NCBI GenBank assembly: GCA_965645245.1
Contig: OZ287076.1
Span: 1,550,001 to 1,614,000, forward strand
Source: Massalongia carnosa
Taxonomy: Eukaryota
Direction: 5' to 3'
Length of the DNA stretch: 64,000 nt
The notes below the pieces were generated by a model. It was not told the DNA's origin. It was given only the letters and a program-made list of their open reading frames with translations, and made no database searches. The position numbers were made by a program, and so were the translations under genes. Position 1 is the first letter of the stretch. Each line of letters opens with the position of its first letter. This document shows, piece after piece, positions 12,854-27,171 of this stretch.

Positions 12854-13061
12854 AGATATGTCTAATTAGGTGAGTCCTAGCGCAAACGTACCTTACTTGA
12901 AGCGCTAACTCGGATGAGATTAGTGCACAAAGATTTAGCTTTGATCAGCCTACTTGATCTAGTCTAATCTAATCTAATTATCACACCAAGATCTCCACGT
13001 GATCATTTATCTATCATCATTCATTTGTCAACTTTTCTTAGCAAGAAGTCCATTATAAGTT

Positions 13062-14354
13062 ATGGCTTCCAAATCAACGACATACCGTTGTCTTTATAGA
13101 TCTCCAATGTTAAAACCTCGCTGTACACACAATTCTGCCCGTACATTTGCTACCGCAACGCCGCCCTCTAACCCCTCAGACCCCCACCGTCGCCAACTCT
13201 CTTTCCAGGAGCGCCTAGAACACGGTCCCACTCTATTAGATTTCACATCTTCATCTCCAATTGAAGATGCTCCTCTCCGAACGGCTACAGTCGGCCCCCC
13301 TGGTCGCCGAAAAGAATTCACTCGCCTCCCCGCTTGGCTTCATACCCCGATCCCCAATAACTCCAACTATAAGAAAATAAAAGCCGATCTGCGTGGCCTC
13401 AATCTACACACCGTTTGTGAAGAAGCTCGCTGTCCTAATATCTCGGATTGCTGGGGTGGCTCCGACAAGTCGGCTGCCACGGCCACCATCATGCTCATGG
13501 GCGACACCTGCACGCGAGGTTGCCGGTTCTGTAGCGTCAAGACATCGCGTGCGCCCCCGCCGTTGGATCCGCATGAGCCAGAGCATACGGCTGAGGCGCT
13601 GTCACGGTGGGGTTTGGGATATGTGGTGCTGACGAGTGTGGATCGGGACGACCTGGCGGACGGCGGGGCGGCGCATTTCGCAGAGACCATCCGAAAGATC
13701 AAAATCAAGGCGCCGGGAATGCTGGTAGAGGCTTTAACAGGGGATTACGCGGGGGATTTAGAGATGGTGGCGATGGTAGCAGAGAGCGGGTTGGACGTTT
13801 ATGCACACAACGTGGAGACAGTGGAGGAGCTGACTCCGATGGTCCGGGATCGAAGGGCGGGCTTCCGGCAGAGCCTGAACGTGCTGAAGAGAGCAAAAGA
13901 AGTCAAGGAAGGGCTAATCACAAAAACAAGCATCATGCTTGGCCTGGGCGAAACGGAAGCGCAGCTTTGGGACACGCTAAAAGGTAAGATTCCTCCCAAT
14001 TACACAAAGCTTCCCCTGTTTTCCCTTCAAAGCTTTTGCTAATCAGCCCTCCTCACAGAATTGCGCAAAGCCGACGTCGACGTCGTGACGTTCGGGCAGT
14101 ACATGCAGCCGACCAAGCGCCACATGAAAGTGCACGAATACGTGACGCCGGCCGCGTTCGAGACATGGCGGCAGCGGGCGCTGGACCTGGGATTCCTGTA
14201 TTGCGCCAGCGGGCCGCTAGTCCGGAGCTCGTACAAGGCCGGCGAAGCCTTCATCGAGAACGTCTTGAAGAAGAAGAAGGTGCATAGAGCAGGCGCGGCG
14301 GACACGGCGATTGCGCGCACGGCGGGGGAGATTCCGGGGACGCTGAACGTTTGA
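13062..14354 (+). CDS. LIP5: Lipoyl synthase (radical SAM), 1 intron ~13984-14059
   Basis: [20 protein letters not shown] and the C-terminal motif [10 protein letters not shown]. Confidence 0.97.
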
Positions 14355-14646
14355 GAGGGTTCTGGATTGGCGAGAGGGGACGTGGTGCTTACGGGCGCGC
14401 TACTAGAGGGCATGGCGGCATTCAACATGGGGTTGGTAGGGCAGGAGTTGCGCTCCATTGCATCGCAGGGACTTTTGGGTTTCGAGGCATTTCGGCTATC
14501 GAACCGGTGGCACATCGGTATATCTCCACAAAAATCATCCCATCCCCCCCCTTTTCCCCCCTACCTTTCCCCACAGCCAGCGTCCCCTAAACCCCCCCCC
14601 CCCCCTTCTTCCCACCATACACATCCTCTACACAACCCTCCTTCCC

Positions 14647-16058
14647 TCACCCCCCCTCCCCATCCTCGTCCTCGTCCTCCTCCCCCATCACCACCCCCAA
14701 CGACCTCCTCCACACCGCCACCCCATGCCCCACCGCGCTCAACTTCGCCATCACCGCAATCAGGCTCGGGTCCTGGCTCTCCACGCGCACCTTCTCCCGC
14801 ACGCGCACCTCCTCCCCTCCCCCGCGCCACGGGAACACCCGCTCCGACTCGTCGTGCGGCGGCGAGCGCGGCGCCAGTCCGAGACGCTGCCGGAGGGCGA
14901 ATCCCGTTAGGGATAGGGCGCTGAATGTACTGGTGGTTGTGGTTGTGGTTGTGGGGACGGGGCCGGGGGCGGGAGTAGGAGTGGGGGTTGTGGGCCTGCT
15001 AGGGGCGTTTTGGTTGGCGGTGGTGGGGGACGACACAGAGGCGAGGGTGCGGATATGCAGGACTAGAGCGGCGTCTTGGATGGAGAGGTGGACGGAGAGG
15101 TGGGGGGGGAGGGGCGGGGAGAAGTTCTAGAGGAGAGAAGGGTTGGGGTTTAGTTGTTGGTCTGTTGATCCCTTTTGGATACATTATTTATTTTGTTGCA
15201 AACCACGCCAAAGAGAATAGGAAGAAGAGAGCGAGAAAAAAAACACCGAAAAAAAAAACCACATACCATCTCCCCCCCGACCTCCTCCCACCAGCGTCCC
15301 CCCACGACCTCCTCCCCTCCTCTCAACACGCGGCGCGCGTCCTCGACGGACTCAGCCAGCAGGCGCAGCTGGCCGGCGATGAACGACCCGTTGTGCGGAT
15401 CGCCGGTCCACGCGCTGATGTCGATGATGTCGAGCGATTGGTTGAGCAACGTGATCAGGGCCGAGAGCTGGGGGAGCGGCGGGAGCGGCGTGGTTAGGTG
15501 GAGGGCGTAGGAGGGATGGCCCCGGGGGGGTGGCAGCGTGGGGAGTCGGAGGTGGATGTCCTGGTTATTGTTATGGGGGGGGGGAGGGGAAGGAAGGGTC
15601 TTAAAACGGCGAAGGAAAAGGAGAGAAGAGAATAGGATTTAGATAGGGGTGGGGGGGGGAGTTTTTTCAAATAAATAAATGAGAGGTTTGAATATCGACA
15701 TATATAGAGAACCAATAAAAAACAAGAAACTCACTCACTCCCTTCACAATCCTCGTCCCAACCCTCACCACCACCCCCTTCACGCTCTCCGATCGCACCG
15801 ACGACAGCGCCAAGGTCGCCCCCGGCTCCGCGGGAGCGAGCAACGTCACGCATTCCTCCAGCCCGCTTTTCAGCGATCCGAGCGTGTCTTGCAGCGTGTT
15901 GAGGAGCCATTCGAGCTCAAGCGCCTAGAACGTCTTTTTGGTTATTTGCTTGGTTGGTTGGAATGTAGGATGGAGGGGGAGGGGTTGATTACCAGGGTTT
16001 TCTCTTCCTCCTGGATGAGTTGATCGGGAGGGAGGGGAGGCCAGACTGCGGAGGACAT
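14647..16058 (-). CDS. RAV2: RAVE complex subunit 2 / Rogdi family protein, 4 exons
   Basis: Spliced reading MSSAVWPPLP...ELEWLLNTLQDTL...LSSVRSESVKGVVVRVGTRIVKG...LNQSLDIIDIS...VREKVRVESQDPSLIAVMAKL. Confidence 0.85.
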
Positions 16059-16732
16059 AAATTCGATTGATTAATTCGATTGATTAATTCAATTGATTGA
16101 TTCTGGTTGGTTTGATTCAAGTGATTGGTTGGTTGGCTTTGAGGGTTCGGGGGAAAAGAGTGGAATGGAGATTTAGCCCTAATGCTGTTAACCCTTACTC
16201 ACGTGATGCCTCCATTGCGTTTCATTTGTGTGAGTGGAAGTTCTTCAAATCATGGATTGACACCCAAACCAGGTATCACATGATCTCTCGATGTCCCCCT
16301 AATGACGTATGTGTATGCAGCCCAACTAAGTTACTACTTAGTTGGCTGAGCGGTGCATTGTGATTGGACGAGCCACTCAGCGCCCCTGATTGGTTCAGAT
16401 CTTCTTGGTTCAGATTTTCTTACCTAATTTCCCGGAGAGAAGCCCGACGTCAGAGACAAAAATCGGGCTTCTTTTTTTTTATTTTGCGCTTCCGTCACTG
16501 GGTATCGAGGTGGTTTAAACTCACAGGTTCCTTCCGTTCCGCGGGCGTCATCAGCATTAATTGCGTGAAACTGCGATTATATACGAAGTACACAACCTAC
16601 TTCTACTGACTCCCCTTTCCCCATCCCATCCCATCCCAGTCTAAAACGGCAATGTGAAGGGTGGCATCAACCCTAATCCTTTCCCCCGCAGTGTGATCAT
16701 ATCACCCTGGTTACCTAACTACCTAATAAACA

Positions 16733-17802
16733 ATGGCTCCTCGTGCGCATCCCCCCCCCCAAAACCAAATTCCCCATTCCCCTCATTTACTCAAACTAAC
16801 CAAAAAAATCTCCCCAGGCCCTCTCCTCGCCCTCACCTCCCTGGTCCTCATCGCTGGCGCCATCCTCCTGATCTTCCTCACCCTCCTCGGCGGTGCCGTG
16901 GACAAGAACCCCACCAACCAGTTCTACTTCCTGGAAGCCGACACCGCGGGCATCGCCGGCGCGGCGCCCGTCACGCGATGGACGTTCTGGAACGCCTGCA
17001 GCGTGGTGAACGGCCGCAACGCGTGCCCCAAGGTCCATCCGGCGTATCCGTTAGATCCGAAACGGAATTTCGGGGGAATGGATGATGGGGTTCCGCCGGG
17101 GTTTTTGAATAGGTAGGAAATAAACCCCTTCCCCCTTCCAGGCCCTCCAGGGATGGAAAAGAGATGCGCAGAGAGCTGTTTCGATTTTTGTCAAACCAAA
17201 CCCAAACCAAGCTAACAAACCCCACCCCTCCCCCAAAGCGGACGAAAATACTATTACCTCTCGCGCTTCACTTTCGCCTTCGCGCTCATCGGGCTCTTCT
17301 TCGCCATGTGCTCGCTCTTCCTCGGTCTCCTAGCCCTATGCAGCCGCATCGGCAGTTTCCTCTCAAGCGCGCTCTGCTCCGTCGCGCTGATCTTCCAGGC
17401 CCTCACCGCAAGCCTGATGACGTACGTCTTCCCTTTTCCCCTCCCACTGAAATACCGAGTTTTTAAAAATACAATAAAAACAGCGCCACGCACGTCCTCG
17501 GCCGTCACGCCTTCCTCTCCGCCGGCCACCGCGCCTCGCTCGGCAAACAAACCTTTGGATTCATGTGGGCGGCCACTACCTGCCTCCTCCTCTCCACCGT
17601 CCTCTTCTGCATCGCCTCGTCGTCGTCGTTGTCGTCGTCGTCATCGCGCCGCTCTCGGCGCCAATCGGGCATCGGCGCTCGGACGACGGCGGGAAGGGGC
17701 CGTGGAGGATTGGGGTTTCTGGGCAGGAGGAAGACGAGCGTGAGGGAGAGGGGGAGCTTCGTGATCGATGAGGAGAGGAGGGTGAAGGGGGGGTTTTCGT
17801 AA
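16733..17802 (+). CDS. SUR7/PalI family tetraspan membrane protein, 4 exons
   Basis: TM1 followed by FYFLEADT...TRWTFWNAC...C...PAYPLDP, then YYLSRFTFAF and three further TM segments. Confidence 0.88.
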
Positions 17803-18165
17803 GGGGTTGAGGAGGTGAGGAGGGATGGGGGGGGAGAGAAAACCAAAAAAAGGGGGGGAATACCAATACTGTGATGTGATATAATGTGATAGTGCGCTTT
17901 GGAAAGAACGGAGAGGAGAGGGTGGTGTTGTTCTTGTTGTTATTGCTAGCACTATCGGCTACCACGTGTTAAATGGATGTATTTGTTCAACCAGCAGGGG
18001 ACCGAACAGGACGGGCACGGACGGTGTGCGAATGCGTCGGATGGTTGGCGATGGTGATCTGGTTTGTTGATAGATACCTAGATACCTTCACTCATTCACT
18101 CACAACCCTATCCTACCCTAGACTCCAGGCAAGGATGTTTTACCCTGACCTCCATCAACTCCCAT

Positions 18166-19951
18166 CTAATCCCCATCCATCCCCCCCTTCACATCGCGGC
18201 TCCATCCCACCTCCACCCCCAATCCCCTAGCGTCGGCCGCCCCCTCGCTTTCCAGCCTCCCGAACCCGACGAACCCCTCCTCAACCACCCAATTCGCTTC
18301 CGCTGCTCCCACGCCCCTTTGGATCAGCACCTCGCAACTCCACCCCACTACCAGCAAGCCGGGTGGTCGACTTCCCTCCTCCTCGACCGCGGCGCAAACG
18401 CAATGCAGCGTACTCCTGATCACGCGCTGATCGGTGCACGAGGCGCGCTCGACAACTGCGCACGGGGTTGAGGGGGGCCATTTGGGGGTGTTGTTGGTAG
18501 CGAGCGAGGAGGGAAGGTCACCGGTGGTGGAAAGGTTGAGCAGGGAGTCAACAAGGGAGGGCAGGCGGTGCAGCGACATCAGGAATATGACCGTTTGCGT
18601 AGGTACATACGGTGGTGGAGCAGGCGCTGTGCCCTTGCGGCCGGTCCCCGTGCAGATGAGGACTTGATCTGCCACGCTCCGATGCGTGAGCGGGATGGCA
18701 GCGAACAGCGGCGCGGAAAGCGCGCTGGTAACTCCCGGGAGCACTATCGGTGTGAATCCCCGTTCTTCGAAAAATGCATACTCTTCCCCGCCACGGCCAT
18801 AGACATAAGGATCGCCTTGCTTGAGGCGGAGGACTGTGAGGCCTTTTTGCAATGCTTCGAGACCGAGCGAAAGCAATTCTACCTGAGCAGCGTCGGCATT
18901 CCCGGGGAATTTGCGGGCAATATGTACAGGGGTACGGCGGGGGATGAGATCAAGGACGGGAGAAGGGACGAGTTTGTCGGCAAGAATTACGGACGCCGTT
19001 TGGATGGCTTTATGGGTAGCAAGGGTTAGGAGGAAGGGAGAGCCGGGGCCGGAACCTGCGAGGATGATCTCGGGTTTTGGCAAGCTGCGACAATCCAGAG
19101 TGGTGGTGTCTATTGGTGGCTGAGATGGGTTATCAGCCGTGTAAGATAGCAGCATTGCCTTGATGTCGGCATCATTGACAGTGGCAAGACGGCGAAGGGG
19201 CCAATATTCGCAAATTTGAGATAGCCAGCGGATGCGACGGGTTTTCGCCGCATTGTGATCAGACTCCATGATCAGTTGATTAAATGTCGATTTCTGAGCC
19301 ATGAGATCCTCGTCGTCGTTCTCCAGTTTGACATCCTCGGCATGATAATCTTCTTCCCATATTTGTCGGCGGAGTACACCAAGGCGTTCAATTGCAGCAC
19401 CGAAACCAGGCGGAAAAGACGATGCAATCTCTCTTCGAATCCGCGAGGCAAGCTTGCACCCATTCCCAGATGTTGTGATGCCTATTTGTAGGGGCCCATC
19501 GGAATGGGTAGAAAGTAGAGTAAACGTGCAAAGCTCTGGTGCATCGGTTACGTTGACTGGTATGCGGAGTCGTCTACACAACTTCGATACATGATGACCT
19601 GTTCACACGGACGGATAAGCTTGCCAGCCCAACCCTCGAGCCATATTTTGTACCTATCTCGCTTTTGCCTCCTACTGTGACGAATACTGCATCCACGACA
19701 TTTTCACTCTCTGTCCTCCCTAGCTTTTGCAAATCCTCCGCTTCAAAGTCTTTTCTGATCCACTCGACTTCTCCATCCCCGATCCGCTTCTTCAATGCGT
19801 AATGAATCTCTGCATGGGCAGGCGCGATGAGTTTGGGTGTTGCTCCAACCTGTAAGCTTCTTGCACATCTTGCGCTTGCTAGAGAGTTCGACCCAATTAT
19901 AAGATGAATGTGCCCCAATGCATTTTGCGCAGTGAGAAACAGGTCAGGCAT
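18166..19951 (-). CDS. MET1: Uroporphyrinogen-III C-methyltransferase / siroheme synthase-type Met1, 1 intron
   Basis: N-terminal CysG-like region (RIPVNVTDAPELCTF) plus methyltransferase motifs LAGSGPG, RLKQGDPYVYGRGGEE and LPGVTSALSAP. Confidence 0.93.
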
Positions 19952-20697
19952 CGGGCGATTTAGTTAAGCGTACAGGCAAACTTCGACGATCTAACCGAGC
20001 AGACAACCGTTGCTACTTATCTAGTATTCACGGAACGTTCAAAGCAAACAGCCGAAGTCGAGGTATCTCTTCTCTCATTAACAAACGCACTCTCAAAAGC
20101 CAGACATCCATTGCGGGGAAAAGGTAAGGTAAAAGGTGAAGTTATTTTGAGACAACCGTTTAGCGATAACGCCATTAAGGATTGTTGATGACGGACAAGA
20201 TCTCGGATCAGATTATTAAATTAGGGTTTGGATCTTTAGGGTTTGCGAAGTAGCTAGCTCACGTGACTGTCTGTACCTTTGATCTTTTGGGATAGTTATC
20301 TCCTATTCATTCCTGAGCGAGTCGAATGAGAAGAAGCTTGGCGATTTCACGCATCGAGTTGCCTGAAGTTGACTACTCGATCATCCGATTGACATTTGGG
20401 CGGTGAGCTTTAGGGGCTATGTTAGTAGGTTTACCTCTTCCATCTCTACCTTATGAAGTTAGAACATCACTTGAAGGCGGCCACGATCAACGCCTCCGCC
20501 GTCGTTTGGTGTGAAAATCATGCTTGATCTTCGAATCAACCATGGCCCTTATGCTGTCTGGAGGTGCCTTGATTTAGGCTTGCGGACACCCTTAAAGTGT
20601 ATTGTCCTTCGTCAGACTTGAAGGACCAGGAAAAGAATTCCAAGCACCGCTGAGTTTGCTGCCACAGCCCTCAGAGACTTCGTACAACATCAAAGAC

Positions 20698-21816
20698 ATG
20701 ACTACACGGTACACGCAGGACGAATGGCTCGCGATCATTGCTCAAACCCAGAGGAATTTGCCCAACACGAGGGTAGAATACAAAGCTCCAAACCTGGGGA
20801 CGCTGGAATTTGCGAAATCGATAGACCACACGTTGTTGAAGATCGATGCAACAAAAGAGCAAATCGACAAGCTTTGTGCCGAGGCCAGGAGACATGATTT
20901 CAAGGTATGGCAATTCGATGCGCCTTTTCGCTATCCACTTTCCCTCTAATATGTTTTTGGGCCTGGAGATAATTTTCTTCCCAAAGGCTAGACTTTCACG
21001 CCCCGTCCTATGTTCTCCACTTGAAAGATTATCTTCCCTTACCAACAGAGTGGCCCTTGCTATCGAGGGTATTATGCAGGAGTCGATGCTAAACAGCTAT
21101 TTTAGTCGGTATGTGTACGATTAGAATGGGTGGATCGAGCAGTCCACAACCTACGAGGTTCTTCGGTGATAGTAGCCTGCGTCGTCGGATTCCATGAAGG
21201 GACCTATTCAGTCTCGTATAAAGCCAAGTGAGAGAACTCTAGTTGCGAGCTTTGCCAAATGCCACCTACATATTCCAACCGCTAACAAACAGCCAGGGAA
21301 GCAAGGGATGCTATCGCGGTGGGAGCCAGCGAGCTGGACCTAGTCCTAAACCATGTCCGCCTAAAGCAAGAACGCTACTCGGAAGTCTACACCGACATCG
21401 CCGCCGTCCGCAACATCGCCCCGCATCCCGTGATTCTCAAAGTCATCCTAGAAACCTCGCAGCTCTCCCATTCAGACATCATCGCCGGCTGCAAAATCGC
21501 CGAAGCCGCGGGTGCCGACTTCGTCAAGACCAGCACAGGCTTCAACGGCCGCGGCGCTACGGCCGAGGACGTGAGCCTCATGAAAAAGGTCGTGGGCGCC
21601 GGCATGAGGGTCAAGGCTAGCGGGGGCGTGAAGACGGTCAGGGACTGCGTGACGATGATGGAGGCGGGCGCGGAGCGGATCGGGACGAGCAACGGAGTGT
21701 GGATCATGGAGGAGGCGCATACCCTAATGGACGAAGTTACGCACGAGGCGGGGAAGGACGCACGCCAGAGCCGGAGACCGTCGGTGCAGCTGACAAGGCT
21801 ATTTAGTGATTCGTAA
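20698..21816 (+). CDS. Deoxyribose-phosphate aldolase (DeoC/DERA), 3 exons
   Basis: IDHTLLK, VCV, VVGFHEG, ELDLV, LKVILETSQL, DFVKTSTGF, VKASGGVK and RIGTS. Confidence 0.93.
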
Positions 21817-23614
21817 GGGGGTCCTGCAGACTCTGTATGTGTCTCTGCGAAGACGAATCCACATGTGAATCAATTTATATTTTCAAGCCCAACACCCCCT
21901 CCCTTTTTTTTTTAATTAACAGCATCACAATATACATACATCCTCACGCGAACATCCCCTCTGCCTACCTACTAATCCATCCACCAACCGCAAAAGCAAA
22001 CAAAGACGAACGGCACAGATCACCCACCCATCTACCCATCTTCCCCCTCCTCCCCCAATCCTGCCTGCAAGCCTGTCCCTTCCCAATCGTATGTAGTCGC
22101 ATGGTAACATTTCACAACGAAATCCGTTGAAAGGGTGGGGTTATGGGTATGGGTATGGAAGTTGTGTTGGGTTCGTTCTATTTGCATTTCTGTTTCCATT
22201 TCCATCTAAAAAAAATCAAACAACTCCGTTCCCCCTTTTCCATTACGTATTCTTTTCAGCGCCAGCAACAGAAGAGAAAGAGAAGATTTCAAGGTCACGA
22301 AACGCTGGAAAACTCGCTAATGTGTTGATTGGGTTTTCTTTTCCACTCATTTATTTGTTCATTTGTTCATTCGATCGTTTATCCATCGATCTTGGTCCGA
22401 AGGACCAAACGAGCGAGCGAGCGAGCGAGGAAAGAAGGACAGAAAGAAAGAAAGAAAGGGGGGTTCGGGTGTAGTGTGTATGCTATGGATCCAGCGCAAC
22501 TGCTAGATATTGAAATTCTGGGATTTGTAATGTCTGTGGATGTATGAATAGATAGGTGGGTGCTTGGGATAGAGAGGTAGTTAGGGTACCTGGTGTCCCT
22601 TTTCTCTCATGAGGGGGGGGTTGGTTATAGACAGAGAGGTGAAATAGGTAGGTAGATAGGTAGATATCTAGATGGCAATTCATGGGACTTGGTTAGAGTT
22701 CTGTCGTTTGACTAGGTACGTATCCCGGGAAGGGTACTCTAAATATATTGGCGGTTTGTCTGTTAGCCATGTAACGATAATCAGTAGTTGCACGAATTAG
22801 CAAAAAGACTTCTTTTTATCTCCGCTCTCGTAGACCCCGTTCAGCTGAACCTGATAGAGTGAGGAATCCACCTCTCTTCTATACACGTTTGTTTCGGAAT
22901 TGATTTTCTAATCTGTACGGACCGTGATTTTATTGTATCAAAGATGTAACGTACGATTTTGTGTAATTTCAAATAAGTCGTTGAAGACGTTAGATAGGAA
23001 ATCAACAAGAGATTATGACTCGCGGGCCATAACTAAGATTTTCGATATCTTTAAAGACGGTTTGATGTTAATCGTCTGTTGTAGTCTACGACGAGAATAC
23101 CATGAACCTCAGGGTAAAAGTCAACACTCTCGTCTCTCGGCTGAAATCGTCTTTCTATATATCAATAAATGCTAGTGAAGTATTTTAAAAATGTTCGTTG
23201 ACGTTTGTTTCGTTAAGAGGATTTGATATTTGCAGTCCGCCGTAAAAATGGTATATCATATACATATTCAGATTTTCAACCGCGAGAGGTTAAAACATGT
23301 CCATGTCCATGTCTCTAGCTTTCTCCGTTTACGAATGACGTTCTGCAAAGTATAGCCAATGGTGATTTGTTCCTCGAACGAATCGTATTCGATGGTTAAT
23401 TGAAATTTCTTCGAAAGAAAGCTAAGACATGACTTATCTCTATTGAGGGAAGACATCTCGAATGCAAAGCTGGACTTTCCCTAGACATCCACTAAAGCAC
23501 TTGTTGAACCTTTCCACTCTCGGCATCTAGGTAACGGGTGTATTCCATATTTAGCATTCTTTCCTATCACTTGCATCTTCATCTTTGGTTAGGAATCTAC
23601 GGTGACATGTATAT

Positions 23615-24259
23615 CTATGCTGTTCGTCTCTCACGATAATTTGTGGATGGCTGAGCGGAACCGCTTCGTTGTAGTTTATAACATTTCACTTTCATTAGGA
23701 GGGTCCGAAAATTGTAACAATAGAAAAATCCCATGGCTCTCGCTCGTACCGTAATACAATAGCGAAGAACTCGTAGTAATTGTTGATTTGATTTTTTTGA
23801 TGGAACGCTCAATTGTTTCTCTTTTGCCCATTCCAAAAAAAAAAAACTAGGAGAACTCGCCATTAAGCATTTTCATAATACTGTCTGCAGCATATTTTAT
23901 GTAAGCTGGCCTGTTACTCTTTCAACGTTATCTCCAGTCATGCTCTTGATTTCTATAAATATCTTAGACATCAGTGTCCGAAAAAAAAATTTCAAGGCAA
24001 AAGTCAGGCCTTGTATGTATGAATACATTGGGTATCATGTATTCCGGAGTGATGGTCCAGTTGTCTATCAATCTAAAAATAAGGGTTCAAGATACTGAGG
24101 ATCTCTTGTCCGACAAGATTCATGTCTATTAACGTTAAGGCGGATGAGTTCAGAAATAGCTGCGGCGATAAGAGGAGTCTGAAGATAGGTTTGCCTATTT
24201 TGTGGAATAGGCGCAGGCGTAAGTGTACAGAGGTTTTGTTGACCGACCATTATTTTCAA
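23615..24259 (-). pseudogene. Possible decayed PD-(D/E)xK nuclease-like gene
   Basis: Frame-hopping fragments TPEY...RPDFCLE...KIFIEIKS...GQL...YCITVR..MGFFY resemble a PD...ExK core. Many stops and frameshifts in AT-rich DNA. Confidence 0.3.
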
Positions 24260-25827
24260 TGATATAAAGCCGCGGATTGGAAGACGAGATCAAAAACAAT
24301 ATCAAGACGGCCGAGATTATGAGAACGTATTTCAGAAGGTGAGATTACTGAACCCTGGACGCACACATTTTCTGCAACCCGATTCGTGCCGGCGTTGGGT
24401 ATAGCCAACATAAAGATCGTTAGACGTCAATACATTTACCACGAGCGGATATATGGGCCTTTTACTACTTAGAATTAGTCGGAAGCCCTATAACTATAGT
24501 TCTCGATGTACCATATAGATGGGATGTTATAGAGATAATAAGTGTAATACCGATATCAATGTTGATATGAAAGCGTACACTGCTCAGCAGCTGATCTGTT
24601 AAATCAAATGCACAGTGGTTGTCAGTCAGGTAAGGAACGATAAACCAAACGAAATACGCCGACTGCTGATCCGAATAGAAATTGATATAAAGAGAGTTTG
24701 AAGGTAAGGAGTCTGTGAACCCTAATCAAAACCCTAATCAAAACCTTAATGCACGACACAGCTGCTACTTTCGCGTTACATAATTTAATGTCAATACAGC
24801 ATTTCACTCTTCTTTCCACCCATCAAAGGGGATGTATATCAATCAAAGCCGCCAGGTTTGGGATTGGTTCAGGGTTCACTTTGGCCATCGAACATAAAGG
24901 ATGTATGTGAGAGACGCGGCTTTGAAGAAAAGATACACCATATCGGTCGAAATCCAAAGGCGCAAGGTTCCAAGGTCGATTTGAGAAACGTTTTAGCTCA
25001 CCACCGCCACAAGTACTCCCGTCAAGAGCAACCGTCGTCTCTCCCCTTCCCGTCTTCCCTTTCACTCCATTACGATCATTCAGCCGCTGCTTGTCATTCA
25101 GAATGTCTGGTTATCTCAACGATAGAGAAGAAAAGCCGTTTCCCTTCATACATTCGCGTGGAAAGTAATGCCAAAAAAGTGCATAATTTCCCCGACGATA
25201 TTGAAAAACATATTTCCAGCCTTTTTTTATTTTATTTTTGTTAGTTTGCACAGTCTTTTCCAAAATTTCTCCCACAAACCGGGTTCAAACTAAATCAATA
25301 CAGGGAAGATCAAGACTTTCTTTGTACGCTTGGTTTTTTTCCCCACCGATCTCAGTTCAAGTGTCTTATCCCCCACATACTACTCTGCGCAGCAATCGTA
25401 ATCAAAGCAAACGGGTAATTTGGAGAAAACTCGACTGATTCGTAAGCTGGCCTTCCATTATAATACCTTACCAAAGAACCATGTAAATGTTCTTGATGAA
25501 TATTTAAAAAAGGAGCAAAAAATCTGCCTTGATGTGGATTTCAAATGCAGCCTGAATCGAATAGGAGACTATGATTTTTTCGTTCCTACTATATCGTCAG
25601 CGATGCGTTCTGGCGCTGTCATCCATGTTAATTCCTCGGGTTGTGTTTTGTTGACCGGAAGTTATCAAGGAAGGATTCTATCAGATAGCTAAGGTGTTGA
25701 CTACTTCGTATAAACATACGCAAAACTCTGCATTCACCGCGATGACGCCTTTGACCCCACCTCTTGCATCAGTTCTCTCATCTAAGGCTTCAACCTAGGC
25801 CTAAGAAAATGCCTTCCCCTTCCCAAA

Positions 25828-27171
25828 TCATGACCTGCCCTTTCCTACAACCACCTCCCTCAACCCCATCAAGCCTAACCACACCGCCTCCTCCGTCCGG
25901 ATCGTCCTGCTCCCCTGCCCCGGACACAGATTCACCCAGTAATCAAAGAGATCCTTCGGCTCCATCACACCCAGCCCCGCAAGCTCCTGGTCCGCCGTAA
26001 CGGCCACTTCCAGCCCAGCCACGCCCCCGAACACGATGAGCAGGTGGCAGAACTCCGGGATCGGGGATGACAAATCGCTGCCCGCGGCTGGATGGATCAG
26101 CGCGGAAAGGGGGGTGCCCCGCTCCGAAGTCCCGAACGTGACGTCATAGCCGCCATCGAAGGGGCATTCGGTTAGGACTGTAGATATTGACGGGGCGCAG
26201 CGGACGCTGTAGCCCCAGTAGTAGCCGGCTTCTTCGCGTGGGGCTGAGGGGGCGGCTGCTGCCGCTGTTAGGCTTGCATCGTTTATGTTTGAGGAGCTGG
26301 CTTCGTCGGAGAATTTTAAGGTCACGCGGGCGTTTGGTGGAATTGAGGTAGGTACGGCGACTTTGTGGGGTAAACCGGTTTCGACATAGGTGACAACAGG
26401 CACTGTGTTCGAGGTGGATTTCTCCTCCCTCGTCCCTTTCTTCTTCTTCTTCTTCCTCTTCTCTTGCTCCTCCACCACTTCGCCACTGCCATTCATCGGT
26501 CCCGTGCTCTCAACCGTGATACCCTCGCGATACCGGCACCATTCATGCGCGCGTAGATGATGCGGCATATCCAGACTTGGAAGCGCGCCTGCCAGCTGCA
26601 GATTCGGATGCATGGGAAACAGTGCTTTCCGCAGATGCGGCGGGGTTTCCAGATACGAGAGGATATGTATGAGGAAGTGATTCGGATCTGAGTAGCCCGT
26701 GTAGTAGTTATCCGTGCCCCCACCACTGGCATAGCCGTAGCCCTCATTTCGACCACCATCACCACCTCTGCTCTTCTTCCCGCTCTGCGCATCGTCAAAA
26801 ACGACCACCTCGTCGACGCAGAACACGGCTAGCGCGCGAGCTAGCTGACCTGCTAGCGAAATCTTCAGCTCGGGCGATTGCGCGCTAATAAGATTTAAGC
26901 TTGGTCAGTATTTTTGCTGGAATTGGAACGGCGGAGCTATGGTACACACTTTGCGATTATGCTTCCTGGAACGGCAATGCTTAGCGTATACCCTCGTCCT
27001 TCCGTGGGCTCGAACACCGCTGTAGGCTTCGAGGTGTCGAGATCATCCTTCCGGGCCCCGCTAGGCTGCTCGTGCTTTCGCTTCTGTGGGGGGATTGTCA
27101 GTGGGCTGGAGATGTGGGAGGGCGAGGGCGCGGGCAAGTACTTTACCTGACGAAGCGGGACAGAGAGCCAT
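25828..27171 (-). CDS. SPOUT-family RNA methyltransferase (C9orf114/SPOUT1-like)
   Basis: TLSIAVPGSII, LARALAVFCVDEVVVF, YLETPPHLRKALFP, GYYWGYSVR, IVFGG and PGQGSRTIRTEEA. The start exon (MALCPASSGK) is inferred. Confidence 0.9.

Noticed and set aside
14367..18230. Many overlapping Pro/Gly/Arg-rich ORFs in the ORF track
   Set aside because: They are antisense or off-frame shadows of RAV2 and the SUR7-family gene in low-complexity C/G-run DNA.
20698..21816. Recent bacterial transfer of the aldolase gene
   Set aside because: It has two spliceosomal introns and host-like composition, so nothing in the sequence indicates recent transfer.
20221..24737. TTAGGG/CCCTAA hexamers as telomeric arrays or a telomerase template
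   Set aside because: They occur only singly or in spaced pairs, at roughly chance frequency.
22770..24780. TGTAACG...CGTTACA as element ends
   Set aside because: Only 7 bp match, with no target-site duplication or internal LTR pair.
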